Assembly (NCBI GenBank): GCA_964016885.1
Contig: OZ024743.1
Location: 232,686,001 to 232,750,000, forward strand
DNA: 64,000 nucleotides
From: Eledone cirrhosa
Lineage: Eukaryota
Reading direction: 5' to 3'
The notes beneath the pieces were generated by a model, which did no database searches, was not told the DNA's origin, and saw only the letters and a list, made by a program, of their open reading frames with translations. Both the position numbers and the translations under genes were made by a program. Shown piece by piece: positions 28,291 to 41,492 of this stretch (its first letter is position 1; every line of letters starts with the position of its first letter).

Positions 28291-28902
28291 TATATATGTC
28301 TATATATATATAAACATAATTATTATATATATATTTGTACCGTGTTTTTCTTTTGATTTACTTGTTTGTCGTAAATTTCAGTGTATTTGTGTGTGTGTGT
28401 CTGTGGGGGGGGGGGGGGCGTGTGTCTCTGTGTGTGTTTATGTGTACATACACACAAATATACATCAATAAATACATGATTATAAGTACATATATGTATG
28501 CATACATACATACATAAGATAAATATATAAACATACACATACATACACGCATACATACATACATACATCATCATCATTGACCTTGTGTTTTTGCCACAAA
28601 GAACATTCAGAGTTATTGAAATATTAATTCCACCCCTAACAGAAATTTTAGATTTAGCGGGATGGAGGAGAAAATGTTGCTACAAAGAGGCGTTCAGAGC
28701 CACTGGAATATCCATTCTATCTTCAGCAGAAGCTTCCAGATTCAGGGAAATGAAAAGCATTTAGTTTGACACCTGAATGTTTCCATTTATCCGATTATCT
28801 TCGTGGAGATCCTCCAGGACTTGCTGATGTGAGTGTTACTATGTGGTTGCTTGGTCTGCATTATATAGTTGTCAGAGGTTGCTAGAATCTTGGAGAAGGA
28901 TA

Positions 28903-29100
28903 CATTGCTAAACCTAGTTATGGGATACTTGGAAATCACCCTCTACCGAAAAGTACTACATAAATACGGAAACCTGTTCTACCTCTACATAGAAAAAACT
29001 GGAAGAGATATCTGAAAGTTTGCTTCATCCTCTGGCATGAAAGTATAGAAAAACTTTTTGAATTCAAAACACTTCTAAATTGACTCAACACAAACATTCC
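28903..29100 (+). pseudogene. Degenerate PLE reverse transcriptase fragment (Neptune-like)
   Basis: NLVMGYLEITLYRKVLHKYGNLFYLYIE..WKRYL..CFILWHESIEKLFEFKTLLN*LNTNI across frameshifts matches the PLE RT region around RYLDD. Confidence 0.7.
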
Positions 29101-29254
29101 TGTTTCTACCCTCTCTAGTCACAACCAAGCCATTAGCAGAGAAGGATAGACAGACAAATTGACTTTCTTCTCTGAAGGAACACGTATATGAAAATTAACT
29201 TTTTTTCCCCTCTCTATATTTTTTTTTATTGTTTTCATTATTTTCATTGTTTGT

Positions 29255-29460
29255 AGTTTCTAATTAAGGTACAAGGTCAGTAAATTATATCACTCTCAAT
29301 GTTTGACTGGTACTAAACTTTACCGATCGCTTATGGACCGATAAAATAAGAGGCAATGTCGAACACAGTGGTATTTGAACTCTGACAAGAAAGAGCAATA
29401 ATTAAATGCCGCAAATCATTTTGTCCGGCCCTCTAACAATTCTGCCAATTTACCCCCAAT
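29255..29460 (-). mobile_element. Diverged SINE copy
   Basis: GGTACAAGG...CTGGTACT...GGTATTTGAACTC...TCTGCCAAT resembles 24455-24660. Confidence 0.65.
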
Positions 29461-30063
29461 ATAATGAGTAATATTAGAAAACGCAGAAGAAAAAAATGAA
29501 TTGCATTTTGGAATGGTTATTTTGTGCCCCTCCCTCAATACAATTGTGCAAACATATCCGATTATATAGAAATAACTTGTCGAGGTTTTCAAAATATACC
29601 AATATTCTTATACATCCGAAAATATCCACTTTAAAACTCTCAAAGTTTTTATTAAAATTCCAGCTCATTAATTAAAAACATTGATTTACAATACATATCC
29701 TCTAATTAGACAATGGTGACTAGACACCTTCTCTGCTCCCATAACAGGAATTTAAAATGTGTACATAAGAGGGGACAGATGTAAAATGGTACACAATAGT
29801 AGGCCGAATATTTACGCAAGCACTTCATACAATGGCGAAGTATAAGTTTGTCTCTTAAACAAGAAATTCTTTACAAATGAAGTAACAACTTCATTAATCA
29901 TCAGTAAAAGCCTGTTCACCATGGAATGCAGCATCCAATTCCACCTGGCATAAGCCTCTATTTTTCACTCTGTATCCTATTTGTTATTTATTTATTGATC
30001 TCCATTAATATGCATATTTAATGTGTTTTAAAAGCATACAACAGACATATAAACACCACACAC

Positions 30064-30239
<176 letters not shown>

Positions 30240-30260
30240 AAATGTATACATATGCATATA

Positions 30261-30293
<33 letters not shown>

Positions 30294-30315
30294 GTGTATA
30301 TATATGTGTGAAGTG

Positions 30316-30530
30316 AAGGCGTGTGGCTGAGTGGTTAGAGAATTGGATTCGCAATCGTAAGGTTGTGAGTTCGATTCCTGGACCAGGCGATGCATTATGT
30401 CCTTGAGCAAGACACTTTATTTCACGTTGCTCCTTCTACCTGGAGTTGCGACCGATAGATAGTATTAGCAATTGGAAAGACCAACGGAAACATTGTTCCC
30501 TCGGTCCGATTTGACGAAAGTCGATCGATT
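30316..30530 (+). mobile_element. tRNA-head SINE with CORE-like block
   Basis: A box TGGCTGAGTGG, B box GTTCGATTCC, then GTCCTTGAGCAAGACACTT. Confidence 0.8.
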
Positions 30531-30748
30531 AAAAAAAATATGTGTGTATATATATTTCTACGTATATATGTTTGTATGTAAGTATGTATATGTATGTAAT
30601 TTTTAATAGTCGAATAACTATTGATGCCTGGTAATATGTATATTTAATCTTTATAATTGCATATATATATATATATATATGCAATTATAAAAATATATCC
30701 CTTCCATACACTGTACCGATTGTGTTGTTATTTCTGTTTCCTTTCTAC

Positions 30749-30804
<56 letters not shown>

Positions 30805-30805
<1 letters not shown>

Positions 30806-31535
30806 TTAGTTCACCATACCGAGAACAATTGTTTCACCTTCGCGGATCTTCAGCTCGGGATGTGTATGGTTATAGGAACAGGAAGGACAACCGTACGTAC
30901 GTGCATGCGCAGAAACTCGGTCACTTCACACAGGCAATACTAGACTGCGTGCGGGAGGTGTAAGGGAGATAACTGCGAAAGTCCGGAAAGTTTTTAGGTT
31001 GAAAATAAAATTTAAAAAATTAAAAATAAAATTACAAAGAATCAGACCGGAGCCTTGTAGTTATGCAATAGATGTTTGGTGACGATGGACAACGTGTGAA
31101 AAATTAATTTTTTGTGTTTAGGCAATCATTATTGCATAATCTCTTTAGAATAGTTATTAGTTCGTCAATACATAAGCCACACGTCGGATTTCCCCTTACG
31201 TATGGCTTGGGCTTAGTGATGGCTTTCCATTGAATGGAGTAGTCTATACTTGAGTCCTTGAGGGACCATACGTGGCTCGCGAGTCTCGTGGATGAACGTC
31301 TGTCCGGGTATCTGAAGGTAGACTGGTGGTTCAGGAAACGCTCCTTGAATCGGCCCTCCGCCATGCCCACATAGGATTTGACCTCCTGTGGTACGTTTGG
31401 TCGTTTGGAAGTGACCACAGCTTCATAGATTACAGCTGGTGTGTTGCATTGCTGTTGAAGGGGGCAAGCTTCAGGCTAACTCGTCCCTTGGACAGAGCGC
31501 CCTACCACAACGGATATTACCTTCCAGTGTTCCAC

Positions 31536-31538
<3 letters not shown>
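30805..31538 (-). mobile_element. 5'-truncated PLE family A: GIY-YIG C-terminus, 3' pLTR with HHR (30819-30858), inverted tail 31477-31538
   Basis: AVIYEAVV...[17 protein letters not shown]...CGLCIDE; near-identical to 32605-33245. Confidence 0.9.
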
Positions 31539-31591
<53 letters not shown>

Positions 31592-31734
31592 TATATATCA
31601 GTTCCAGGTTCAATCAGGGGTAACTACATCTAGTAAGGTACTCAATGCATTAGTAGAGAGTAAATCTTGTAGAATCAATTTCTCTATTAAACTTGATATA
31701 TATAATACACACACACACACATATATATATATAC

Positions 31735-32058
<324 letters not shown>

Positions 32059-32111
32059 ATATATACTTAAGATAACGAGGTATCGTTTAAGGCAATCCTT
32101 TAATCTTCACT

Positions 32112-32189
<78 letters not shown>

Positions 32190-32196
32190 TAGATAG

Positions 32197-32552
32197 ATAT
32201 TAGTAAAAAAGAAAAGAAAAGTGCTGACAATTTTTTGCCAGTGAAAAATAGTTTAATTAGGAATAAGTATGAATTAGTAATAAGTATTAGTTAGTATTCA
32301 GTTTTAGTTTTAAGTTTTTGCCGGTTGCGCATTTCTTATGCTTTTCGAAAATCACGAACACTCTATCTCAAAATTATTTTTGAAAAGCATAAGAAATGCG
32401 CAACCTGTAAAAACTTAACACTAAAACTGAATACGAACTAATACTTATTACTAATTTATACTTATTCCTAATTAAACTATTTTTCACTGGGAAAAATTTG
32501 TCACCAATCTCTTTTTACTAATATATCACAACTCGTGTGTCACACCTCTATT

Positions 32553-32560
<8 letters not shown>
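32197..32560. mobile_element. Fold-back of family C element end (inverted arms ~150 bp plus tail)
   Basis: 32198-32351 is the reverse complement of 32376-32524; homologous to 37311-37530, 39135-39312 and 50970-51070. Confidence 0.8.
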
Positions 32561-32591
<31 letters not shown>

Positions 32592-32619
32592 TGGTTACAC
32601 AACAGTTAGTTCACTAAAC

Positions 32620-32657
32620 CGAGAACAATTGTTTCATCTTAACGGATCCTCAGCTCG
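32620..32657 (-). ncRNA. Hammerhead ribozyme in the 3' pLTR of family A
   Basis: cgag CUGAGGA uccguuaagau GAAA C-aauu-G UU cucg. Confidence 0.72.
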
Positions 32658-35152
32658 TAATGGGCATGGTTATAGGAACAGGAAGGACAACCGTACGAAC
32701 GCGCATGCGCAGAACCCGGTCACTTCACACAGGCAATACTAGAATGCATGCGAGAGGTGTAAGGGAGATAACTGCGAAAGTCTGAAAAGTTTTTAGTTGA
32801 TAAGAAAATTACAATGATTCAATCCGGAGCTTTGTAGTTATGCAATAGATGTTTGGAGACGTGTGGACAACGTGTGAAAAATTAATTTTTCGTGTTTAGG
32901 CAATCATTATTGCATAATCTCTTTAGAATAGTTATTAGTTCGTCAATACATAAGTCACACGTCGGATTTCCCCTTGTGTATGGCTTGGACTTAGTGATGG
33001 CTTTCCATTGAATGGAGTAGTCTATACTTGAGTCCTTGAGGGACCAAACGTGGCTCGCGAGTTTCGAGGATGAAAATCAGTCCGGGTACCTAAAGGTCGA
33101 CTTGTGGTTCAGGAAACGTTCCTTAAATCGGCCCTCCGCCATGCCCACATAGGATTTGACCTCCTGTGGTTGGTTTGATCGGTTGGAAGTGACCACAGCT
33201 TCATAAATAACAGCTGGTGTGTTGCATTGCTGTTGAAGGGGGAAATCTTTGGGCTTACGGCAAGAGCACCCTGGTGGGGTGTTGCTCCTAGGGCTGCTGG
33301 TGATGTGGGCCTTCATGTTCTTAGCGCAGGAGTATCCTAGTTTTACTTTGTGTCGGTTAAAGATGGAGCGGTATTTATGACCTACGGGAAAGTGTCTATC
33401 TAAGAGGGCTAGAAGTGTTTTCCTACATTGGTTTTAAGGTTGAGTGAGAAGGGAGGAGAGAACCAGATAGTTTGGCTATTGTTGCGCTTACTTTTCTTAT
33501 TGCTGTTGTTGATAGTAGGAGAGTAAGTGATAGGTTGTGAGAAGCCGCTGTTAGCTAACGCCGTGTTATAGTAGGGTGCCGCCCTGTCAAAGATATCCTT
33601 ATTAGAGGAGAGGTTTGAGATTCTAGTACTGATATTATTTAAGAAGTTTCTAAAAACAGTGGGAGGGTGGCATGAGTCTTTGTGAATGTAATTGAGTTTT
33701 TCGTTTAGCTTATGGAAGGGTATGTGGGTGTGTGTGCGAAGGTCTAAATTAATGTCTAAGAAATCTACGCTAGAGAGGTTGGTAGTTACTGTTATCTTAA
33801 GTCCTAACTCATTGAAGGTAGAAGCTAAGTCTTTTTTAAACCGGTCGAGGTCGTGACCACTTTTATGGCTCGATAAAGTCAGTCCATCGTCGCGGTCTAT
33901 TCCCGTGTGGAAGTCCGGGAATCTAACACGTAGTATGTCTAAGATAAATAGGCCAACCAAGTCACATACGTCAGCACTGTCAAACGGTCCCATGGAGACG
34001 TCGAATAGGTCTGAAGTTGTAGACTTCTTTGTCCCGGCGTACCGTCGTTGAAGAGGAGAATTTTTCCGGCAGTGAGCGATGATTTCCCTGTCTAAACTAT
34101 CGACGGTGGTGTAAGTGGGAGCGAAGTCCAACGCTTTGTTTAACAGGGTCTCTGAGATCGACGGGTAAAAATCGACAATGTCAAAGTGTGTGAACTTCGC
34201 TTTTGGGGATTTTAAGGAGTTAAACCACTTAATTACGGAGTCCCTGTTCTCTCACAGGGGCAGGTTGGACTTGATCCTAATAGTCTTAACTATGTTTCTA
34301 AGTATGGCCTTACTGACTTTGCGTGCCGGTTTATTAGTCTACATGTGGGGTTAGAAGTAAAGTCTACCTTGTGATCTTTCAGGGTGAGGAACCCCTCTCG
34401 CTTAGCTAGAGATTGTAGCTTCTTATCTAACTTAAGGTCAACGGGAAGTTCTTTGACTTCTGTATTAATGTCGTGGTAGGCCATAGGGTTAGCTTTCTTA
34501 TATTTAGAAGTAATAGCGTTATGGGCCAGGTGGCGGAAAGTGGTGTTGTCGACTTCGTAAATAATATTAGTTTTGTCGGAAAGAACGAAGGTGTTATTAA
34601 ATTTCATAATATCATTTCTGAATTTAGTTCGAAATGTGTTAGTGTGTTTGCGAAAGGAAATGTTAGCGACTAAGTCAAGAAGGTCCGTCTCGAAAGGAGC
34701 AAGTTCAGTTACCTTAGGAGGGTAGGCTCTCGATTTCAGGTTGAAGGTGTTATTGGTGCCTGTAATTTTGCTGTCAAAAGTTAGGGCTCGCCATCTTAAG
34801 CGTCTGACGACGTCTTCCGATTTTTGTAGGAGAAGCTTTTGGTAAACAAGGTTGGAGGGAGTTGGAATGTTCTTCAGGGAGTAATCCAGTTCGTATAAAT
34901 CCATACTGACGTTGATGAGACGCAAAATTGTGTAGGACACGAGGATATATAGAGCACTCTGAGGGTAGTAAGCCAAACTCGCACGTGGTGAAGAATCTGC
35001 TAAAAGTCAAACTTCTACGTAGTGAAGAGAATCTGCTGACCGGTGCTGGAGACGTATATAGTGGTAGAACACTGGGAGGTAATATCCGTAGTGGTAGAAC
35101 ACTCAGTCAATGGGACGAGTTAGGTAGAAGTGGTTACACAACAGTTAGTTCA

Positions 35153-35208
35153 CCATACCGAGAACAATTGTTTCACCTTAGCGGATCCTCAGCTCGTAAT
35201 GGGCATGG
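35153..35208 (-). ncRNA. Hammerhead ribozyme in the 5' pLTR of family A
   Basis: ccaugcc-cauua-cgag CUGAGGA ucc-gcuaa-ggu GAAA C-aauu-G UU cucg-guaugg; bulged stem I typical of type I. Confidence 0.8.
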
Positions 35209-35403
35209 TTATAGGAACAGGAAGGACAACCGTACGAATGCGCATGCGCAGAAACCCGGTCACTTCACACAGGCAATACTAGAATGCGTGCGAGATGTGT
35301 AAGAGGGATAACTGCGAAAGTCCGAAAAGTTTTTAGTTGATACCTAACTCGTCCTATGGACTGGGTGCTCTACCACTACGGATATTACCTTCCAGTGTTC
35401 CGC

Positions 35404-35440
<37 letters not shown>

Positions 35441-35441
<1 letters not shown>

Positions 35442-37243
35442 CAAAGGAAAAGTGGAAAGGAACCAAATGGACCATAACGCACCAGAGTACTCAATACTTA
35501 GGGTAGTAGAGTGGGAAATAGGAAAAAGTATGACCCCGACGGCAGAGCTCAAGCCGTTTAGAGGGCTATTTCTGGACTAAATTAGAATTTTTAGCCTGGT
35601 GAATAAATAGCCGAACTTGTCAAGGGGGTACTTCCTTATATGGGAAGATTGTAGTTGTCAAGAGGATTGGTTAAAATTTATTGTAAACACAAATAAAATG
35701 TCCGTTTATCCAGCTTCCCTTAGCCGAACCAGCAGGCAACACCGCCGCTCATGCAACGTAACGTTGTTCAATCCCCCCCCCCCATAATGCCGAGGTGGCA
35801 ACACCTATCGCGAAAATCTTCTTTAGACTCCTCGAAAAACACTTCCCACTACAACACCGCTACCACAACATAATCAACAAAAACACCATCAAACTCTCCT
35901 ACAGCACCACACCTAACTTCACACAAAACATCGTCTCCTCAAACAACAAAAAACTCAATCCCTATGGAAGAAATAACCTAGACATCAGTGGAGAGCCGAC
36001 CAGGAGGTGTAACTAACTGCCCTGATAGATCTACGTGCCCCCTCAACAACAAATGCAGAGAACGTAACGTGATCTACCAGTGCAACGTAAGGACAGACAC
36101 CTCCAACAAAGCTTATATAGGATTAACCGCGTGTGACTTCAAGACCCGGCTCTACCAACACCGTCATACTTTCCGAAACCCGGTCCGGCGACATGCCACT
36201 ACACTTCCGGGCCACATCTGGGACCTCCAAGATAATGATATAACCTACAATCTCACTTGGAGCTTACTGTCCAGAGCTAACTCTTACACGGGAGGACGCC
36301 GTCCGTGTAACTTGTGCTCGGAAGAAACATTGCAAATGGTGTTTTCGAAGGACCAACTCCTAAACAAGAAAGACGAACTGGTAACCAGTTGCAAACGCAG
36401 ATTACGTAGGACTTACCTCGCCCTCAAACCCCATAACGACCCGGGTGGATAGGCAAGGGCTGATACCCCCCCCCCCACTTGCCAAATAAGTTAGTGGAAA
36501 CCCCAATTACATAGGTAGTTGTATCTCTTTTCTTTTCCTCTTTGTCTACTTCTTCCCCCTGTCTCATCCTATCACTTCCTTCCACCCCCTATTTTCTTCC
36601 TCGTCTGCTTTTCCCCTTTCACCTACCCGAAGCAGCCCATCGGGCCTCTATAGCATCAGTTCCCCCACTCCTGTAATTTTAAGATAGAATTGGCCTAATA
36701 CGTTTTACTTATTACTTATAGCAGATCAGTTAAACCCCTTTAATTGTGTATCAGTTTTGTAATTTCTACAAGTTTTTTTCTATTCTCAACTTATTAACCT
36801 ATAATTGGAAGATAGCATTGTGATTTTTTTAAATTCATTTCTCACTATCTAATTTTATATTTTTTAAAATTTATTTCTTGTATCTTTTATGGTCTCCTAC
36901 TCTCATTCGATTTACCTATTCTATAACCTCCCTCCTCCTCGTCATACACTATCCTTAGATTCTGCTGTATACATATCACTTTCAACGCCTGACCGCCTCA
37001 CTCACTCCCCTATTGTTCTACAGGCAAGTTCAGCCACCCCCACCTCCCACCAAAGGCCATGATAGATTTATTTGTGTTTACAACAAATTTTAACCATCCT
37101 CTTGACAACTACAATCTTCCCATATAAGGAAGTACCGCCTTGACAAGTTCGGCTATTTATTCACCAGGCTAAACATTCTAATTCAGTCCAGAAATAGCTT
37201 TCGAAACGGCTTGAGCTCTGCCGTCAGGTCATACTTTTTCCTA
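35441..37243 (+). mobile_element. 5'-truncated PLE family B (Naiad-like GIY-YIG, long 3' UTR) with inverted pLTR + tail at its 5' end
   Basis: FFRLLEKHFP..HRYHNIINKNTIKLSYS, CPLNNKC..NVIYQC..AYIG..FKTRLYQH..CNLCSEE; 35518-35697 is the reverse complement of 37066-37243. Confidence 0.9.
37133..37231 (+). ncRNA. Variant hammerhead (U3:A8) in family B pLTR; inverted copy at ~35531-35630
   Basis: UUGACAA g..ggcuauuu...aaauagc..uc GAAA cggc-uugagcucu-gcc GUC; stem I acccc/ggggu is cleaner in the inverted copy. Confidence 0.62.
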
Positions 37244-37268
37244 TATATATATATATGTGTGTGTGTGT

Positions 37269-37310
<42 letters not shown>

Positions 37311-37312
<2 letters not shown>

Positions 37313-37708
37313 TTAAAAGAATAGAGGTGTAACACACAAGTTATTATATATTGGTAAACGGAATAGAAAATGCTGACAAATTGTTCACAGTTGAAAAATG
37401 GTTTAATTAGGAATAAAAGAGTATTAGTGATTGTATGGGTTAGTATTCAGTTGTGGTTTTAAGTTTTTAAGTTTTTACCGGTTGCGCATTTCTAAATGCT
37501 TTTCAAAAATAATTTTGAGATAGAGGTGTCCGTGCTGTTTGCTCTGATCTGATTAGTTTTGGGAATTCTACCTGTTTTTATGTTAAAAAAGTGGCTCCAA
37601 TTTGCAAAACTTCTTGTGGTCAAAACAATTTTGATTGGTCGGTAGAGGTCATGTGAATAAAAAATTGGTTTTGCGCCAAGATTGAGAAATGACTCTTTCA
37701 CAACAAAT
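37311..37708 (-). mobile_element. Family C element 3' segment with tail; inverted partner at 39076-39312
   Basis: 37347-37584 is the reverse complement of 39076-39312. Confidence 0.78.
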
Positions 37709-37819
37709 ATGTGTGTGTGTGTGTGTGTGTGCGTGTGTGTGTGTGTGTAGTAGTAGTAGTAAGGCGTTCGATGTTGTGATAATGGTTAGCAGCGATGTGT
37801 GTCAAATGGCTATTAAGAT

Positions 37820-37878
<59 letters not shown>

Positions 37879-38390
37879 GCAGAGTAATTCGTGGTGGCAG
37901 GGATGGTCAGTAAGAATGTGTCTGAAAGCAATGGGGGGTATTTTAGCATGTCAAAAGATATTTTTCAGCTTTTGCCTTATACGGAGAAGTGCGTGTGTGT
38001 GTATATATAAGTCTCTTTGTATGTTGATGTACGCGTGTGTATGTGTGTGTTTATATATGTGTATGTGTGGGGGGGAGGGGGGGACCAGTATTTTTTCCCC
38101 CTGGTAAAATGGTGTACATTATTCGATTTTTTTCAGTAAAATCGGTTCTCTTAATAGAACATCAAAAATCTTAACAATAAAAGGTGTGAAATGATATTCA
38201 CTATATATATATACACATACATATATTCACTATATATATATATATATATATATACATATATATATGCACATATATTTTTGTGTTGCACCATAGAGCATGT
38301 GTGTTTACGTATGTCATTGTGTTTATATGTGGGTAGAGATGTGTGCTGATGTAGGTATGTATGTTGACGTGTGTATGTTGTGGGTTCGTC

Positions 38391-39075
38391 TTAGGGAGAA
38401 GTGTTTAGACGGGGTCCGTATTTGTTAATGAAGTAAGATTCCTTGCTGATGCGCTGGGTGTGGGTGGCATTATCTTTAAATTTGTAGAGGGGAAAGATTC
38501 TGAAGTTGGGATGATTTTGGGCGGCACAGGTATCAATGTGTTCACTCAGTGGTATTTTCTTGTATTCCCGTATTTTAATTTGGGATCTATGGACAGTCAT
38601 GCGTTGGCGGAGGCTGTTTTTGGTCTGGCCTATGTATTGTTCTCGACAACCTGAGCAAGTTAATACATATATTAGATTTTCCGATGCACATGTGAAATTG
38701 TGTTTTACTATAAAACGTTGTCCATCTTTGAAATAGAATTCCGAACCCTCTATTAGGTTGATGCAAATGCCACAGTTGGGTCTATCGCATTTTTTTACTG
38801 TGGGTTTCGTTGTTGTGGTTGGCAGTACTTTGGCATGTGTTAAGATGTGTTTCATTGATTTGGATTGTCTTTTGCTCTTTATGATATCATGTGTTCGTAG
38901 AATTTGGTTCATTCTATGGTCCTTTTTCAATACAGGGATGTTCTGGAGGATGGTGTCAAAGGCCTCATTGTTGAGGGGGTTGTGTGTGGAGATGTATGGA
39001 AGAGCTTTTAGTTTTGGTTGATTTACTTTAGGGTGTCTAAGGTCCTGGGTACTGAGTTTTAGGGCACGTTGGATT
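38391..39075 (-). pseudogene. Neptune-like PLE GIY-YIG endonuclease fragment, open frame, 5'-truncated
   Basis: LPYISTHNP..CDRPNCGIC..FTCASENLIYVLTCSGCREQYIGQT..LRQRMTVHRSQI..ESYFI..LN. Confidence 0.88.
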
Positions 39076-39306
39076 TAACATAAAAACAGGTAGAATTCCC
39101 AAAACTAATCAGATCAGAGCAAACAGCACGGACACCTCTATCTCAAAATTATTTTTGAAAAGCATTTAGAAATGCGCAACCGATAAAAACTTAAGAACTT
39201 AAAACCATAACTGAATACTAACCCATACAATCTCTAATACTCTTTCATTCCTAATTAAACCATTTTTCAACTGTGAACAATTTGTCAGCATTTTCTATTC
39301 CGTTTA

Positions 39307-39347
<41 letters not shown>

Positions 39348-39949
39348 CACAACGAATATACTACAGACTAAAGACGAGGAAAGGGGTTATATCATGTTAC
39401 AGACATGAGATAAAATGTGCTTACGTTTGCTTATTTGGATAGTTTTGCATGAGGTTCTGAAACGACCACATTGATTTCGCTCGCAAATTTCTCTTATGTT
39501 TTATAATAGATATTTCTCTTATCATGTTTTATAATAGATATCCGATGAATAACAGAATTGTACATAAGGCTGAATGAGTCGGTAGTTGATCAATCAATGA
39601 CAGTGGTTGTAGTTGTTGTTGAAAGTAACATTCTGTTAAGGCTTGCTCCTGCCTGACGGGTCATGTTCCTTAAATTATCTTGTGTACAGAAACACACATA
39701 TAAGTATGTGTAAATGTGGATTGTCTATCGATTAGCAATATATTGTTAAATATGTGTCCCAAATTAGACCCTACAACTTTCCTCCTTTTGAGACTGCTAA
39801 GATCATTTTTAGTATCGATGTAGTGAATTGGTTATATACGAGCTGGTGGTATTGAGCATACCCACGCTCTAATGATTAAACCATGTAAAAGAATATATGT
39901 AATGTATTAACTGGATAATGTTGTCTTAGATGCTATATTTCAATAAAAT

Positions 39950-40250
39950 GAGGCACATGGTTTAATGGTTAGGGCTTATAGTCATAAGGTTGTGAGTTTA
40001 ATTCCCGAAGTTGCATTGAGTCCTTGAGTAAGGCTCTTTATTTAAGGTTGCTCTTGTCCGTTCAGCGGGGAATAAATGAGTCGTGCCTATAATTAAAAAA
40101 ACAGCCTTGTTATACGCTGTCATGCTGAATCATTCTGAGAACAACGTTAAAGGTATGCGTGTCTGAGAAATGCTCGAGCACTTGCACGTTAATTCCCATA
40201 GTAGGCTGTTAAGTTGACCAAACAACTGGAATCTTCATCATCTGAACCAA
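39950..40250 (+). mobile_element. Diverged tRNA-head SINE, related to 30316-30530
   Basis: GGCACATGGTTTAATGGTTAG...AAGGTTGTGAGTTTAATTCC...GTCCTTGAGTAAGGC. Confidence 0.7.
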
Positions 40251-41406
40251 TGTATGTACAACACACATTTTAAATTTAGGAAAAAAATAGAATAATAATG
40301 GATGGAAAATCTTGATCATAGATCTGCTGAATCAAAGATGACCTGGGGCTAAATATAAAATATTTCGTGTCAAAAATCAGTCAATTCAATATCATGACAT
40401 TAAGAGAATTTGAAAGGTATCCAATTTGTGTGTCTTCTTATATTTTCAATATCTCGTTTTAGAACCATACAGACACGTCGATACAACGTTTGAAATATAG
40501 AAGTAAAGTTACCAACTCCAGTGAGATTTTCTTGATATTTTACTCGTCTTAGGTCTTTCAGTTATTTATACGCCATTTTACTATCAGCTGTCGAGATAAC
40601 ATTTAGTGTGTGATGGCATTTTACAGACTTCAAATTAAATTGCACATATCAATATAGCCGAAAAGGACAGCAATTTCAGGTGGGAAATCAACGAATGCAT
40701 GTATAATGAAAAACAAAAGTAATGTAACTTGTTAAAGGTTGTTTGAAGATTAGTTGACAGTATATTGTATATTATCGCCGAAGAAAAAATATATTAAATT
40801 GATAAAGATATAGAGTGTGGTGAAGCAGGAATTATTTCTGTAAGTTTCTGACAATAGAATCTCAGACGGTTCCAAGTTTCTGAAAATTAACATAAGTTAA
40901 AGGAATCTCTGGAGAGATTATTTGAAGAATAAGGCTCGGTCGAGTCTGACTAAAGGCCTTATTTCATTCGTCGTAATTTTGTTAATAACATTATCATGTT
41001 TTCTTTTACTTAATCAAACGATCGAATTTAAGAAAGTATAGCTAAATACTTGTAATTAAAAACCAACGTGAGAGCCTTTAAATAGTCGCTCTACACCATA
41101 TTGTCTTAGCAAAAAACGCATTGGGTACTTAATGCCTGAAAAATCAGGGGTGTTGGCAACTGTCTCAGAGCTAGCCTGGATTTAAGCAACAACTATAACA
41201 ACAGCAACCACAAAAAATGGTGCTAATATAATCGACATACCAAACGGGGCCCCTGAACTACTGATTAAGGCATATTGGCACCGTCAGTAAATCCAATGTA
41301 TCTTGGGCATTTTATTCTGGCAAGACCCATCCCACTCCATATCTAAACGTAGCCGATTTCTTCTACAGAGAGGGAAATTTATATATATACATATATATAT
41401 ATATGT

Positions 41407-41492
<86 letters not shown>

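Larger units (their letters stand above)
32589..35408 (-). mobile_element. Near full-length Penelope-like element, family A (Naiad-like), with direct pLTRs and disrupted RT + GIY-YIG ORF
   Basis: ORF from ATG 34904: YSLKNIPTP..YQKLL..K.E.VVRRLRWRA, FLTLKDHK..F..NPTCRLIN, FDIVDFYPSI, FDVSMG.FDSADVCDLVG, GIDRDDGL, VDFLDI, WFSPPFS, VIY..YVG; pLTRs ~32589-32800 and ~35128-35340; (TA)n flanks. Confidence 0.93.

Noticed and set aside
30316-30390. tRNA gene
   Set aside because: A and B boxes are present but there is no full cloverleaf, and it continues into a SINE body.
33409-34976. Telomerase or host-domesticated reverse transcriptase
   Set aside because: Frameshifts, stops, a mutated catalytic motif context, pLTRs and GIY-YIG identify a decayed PLE.
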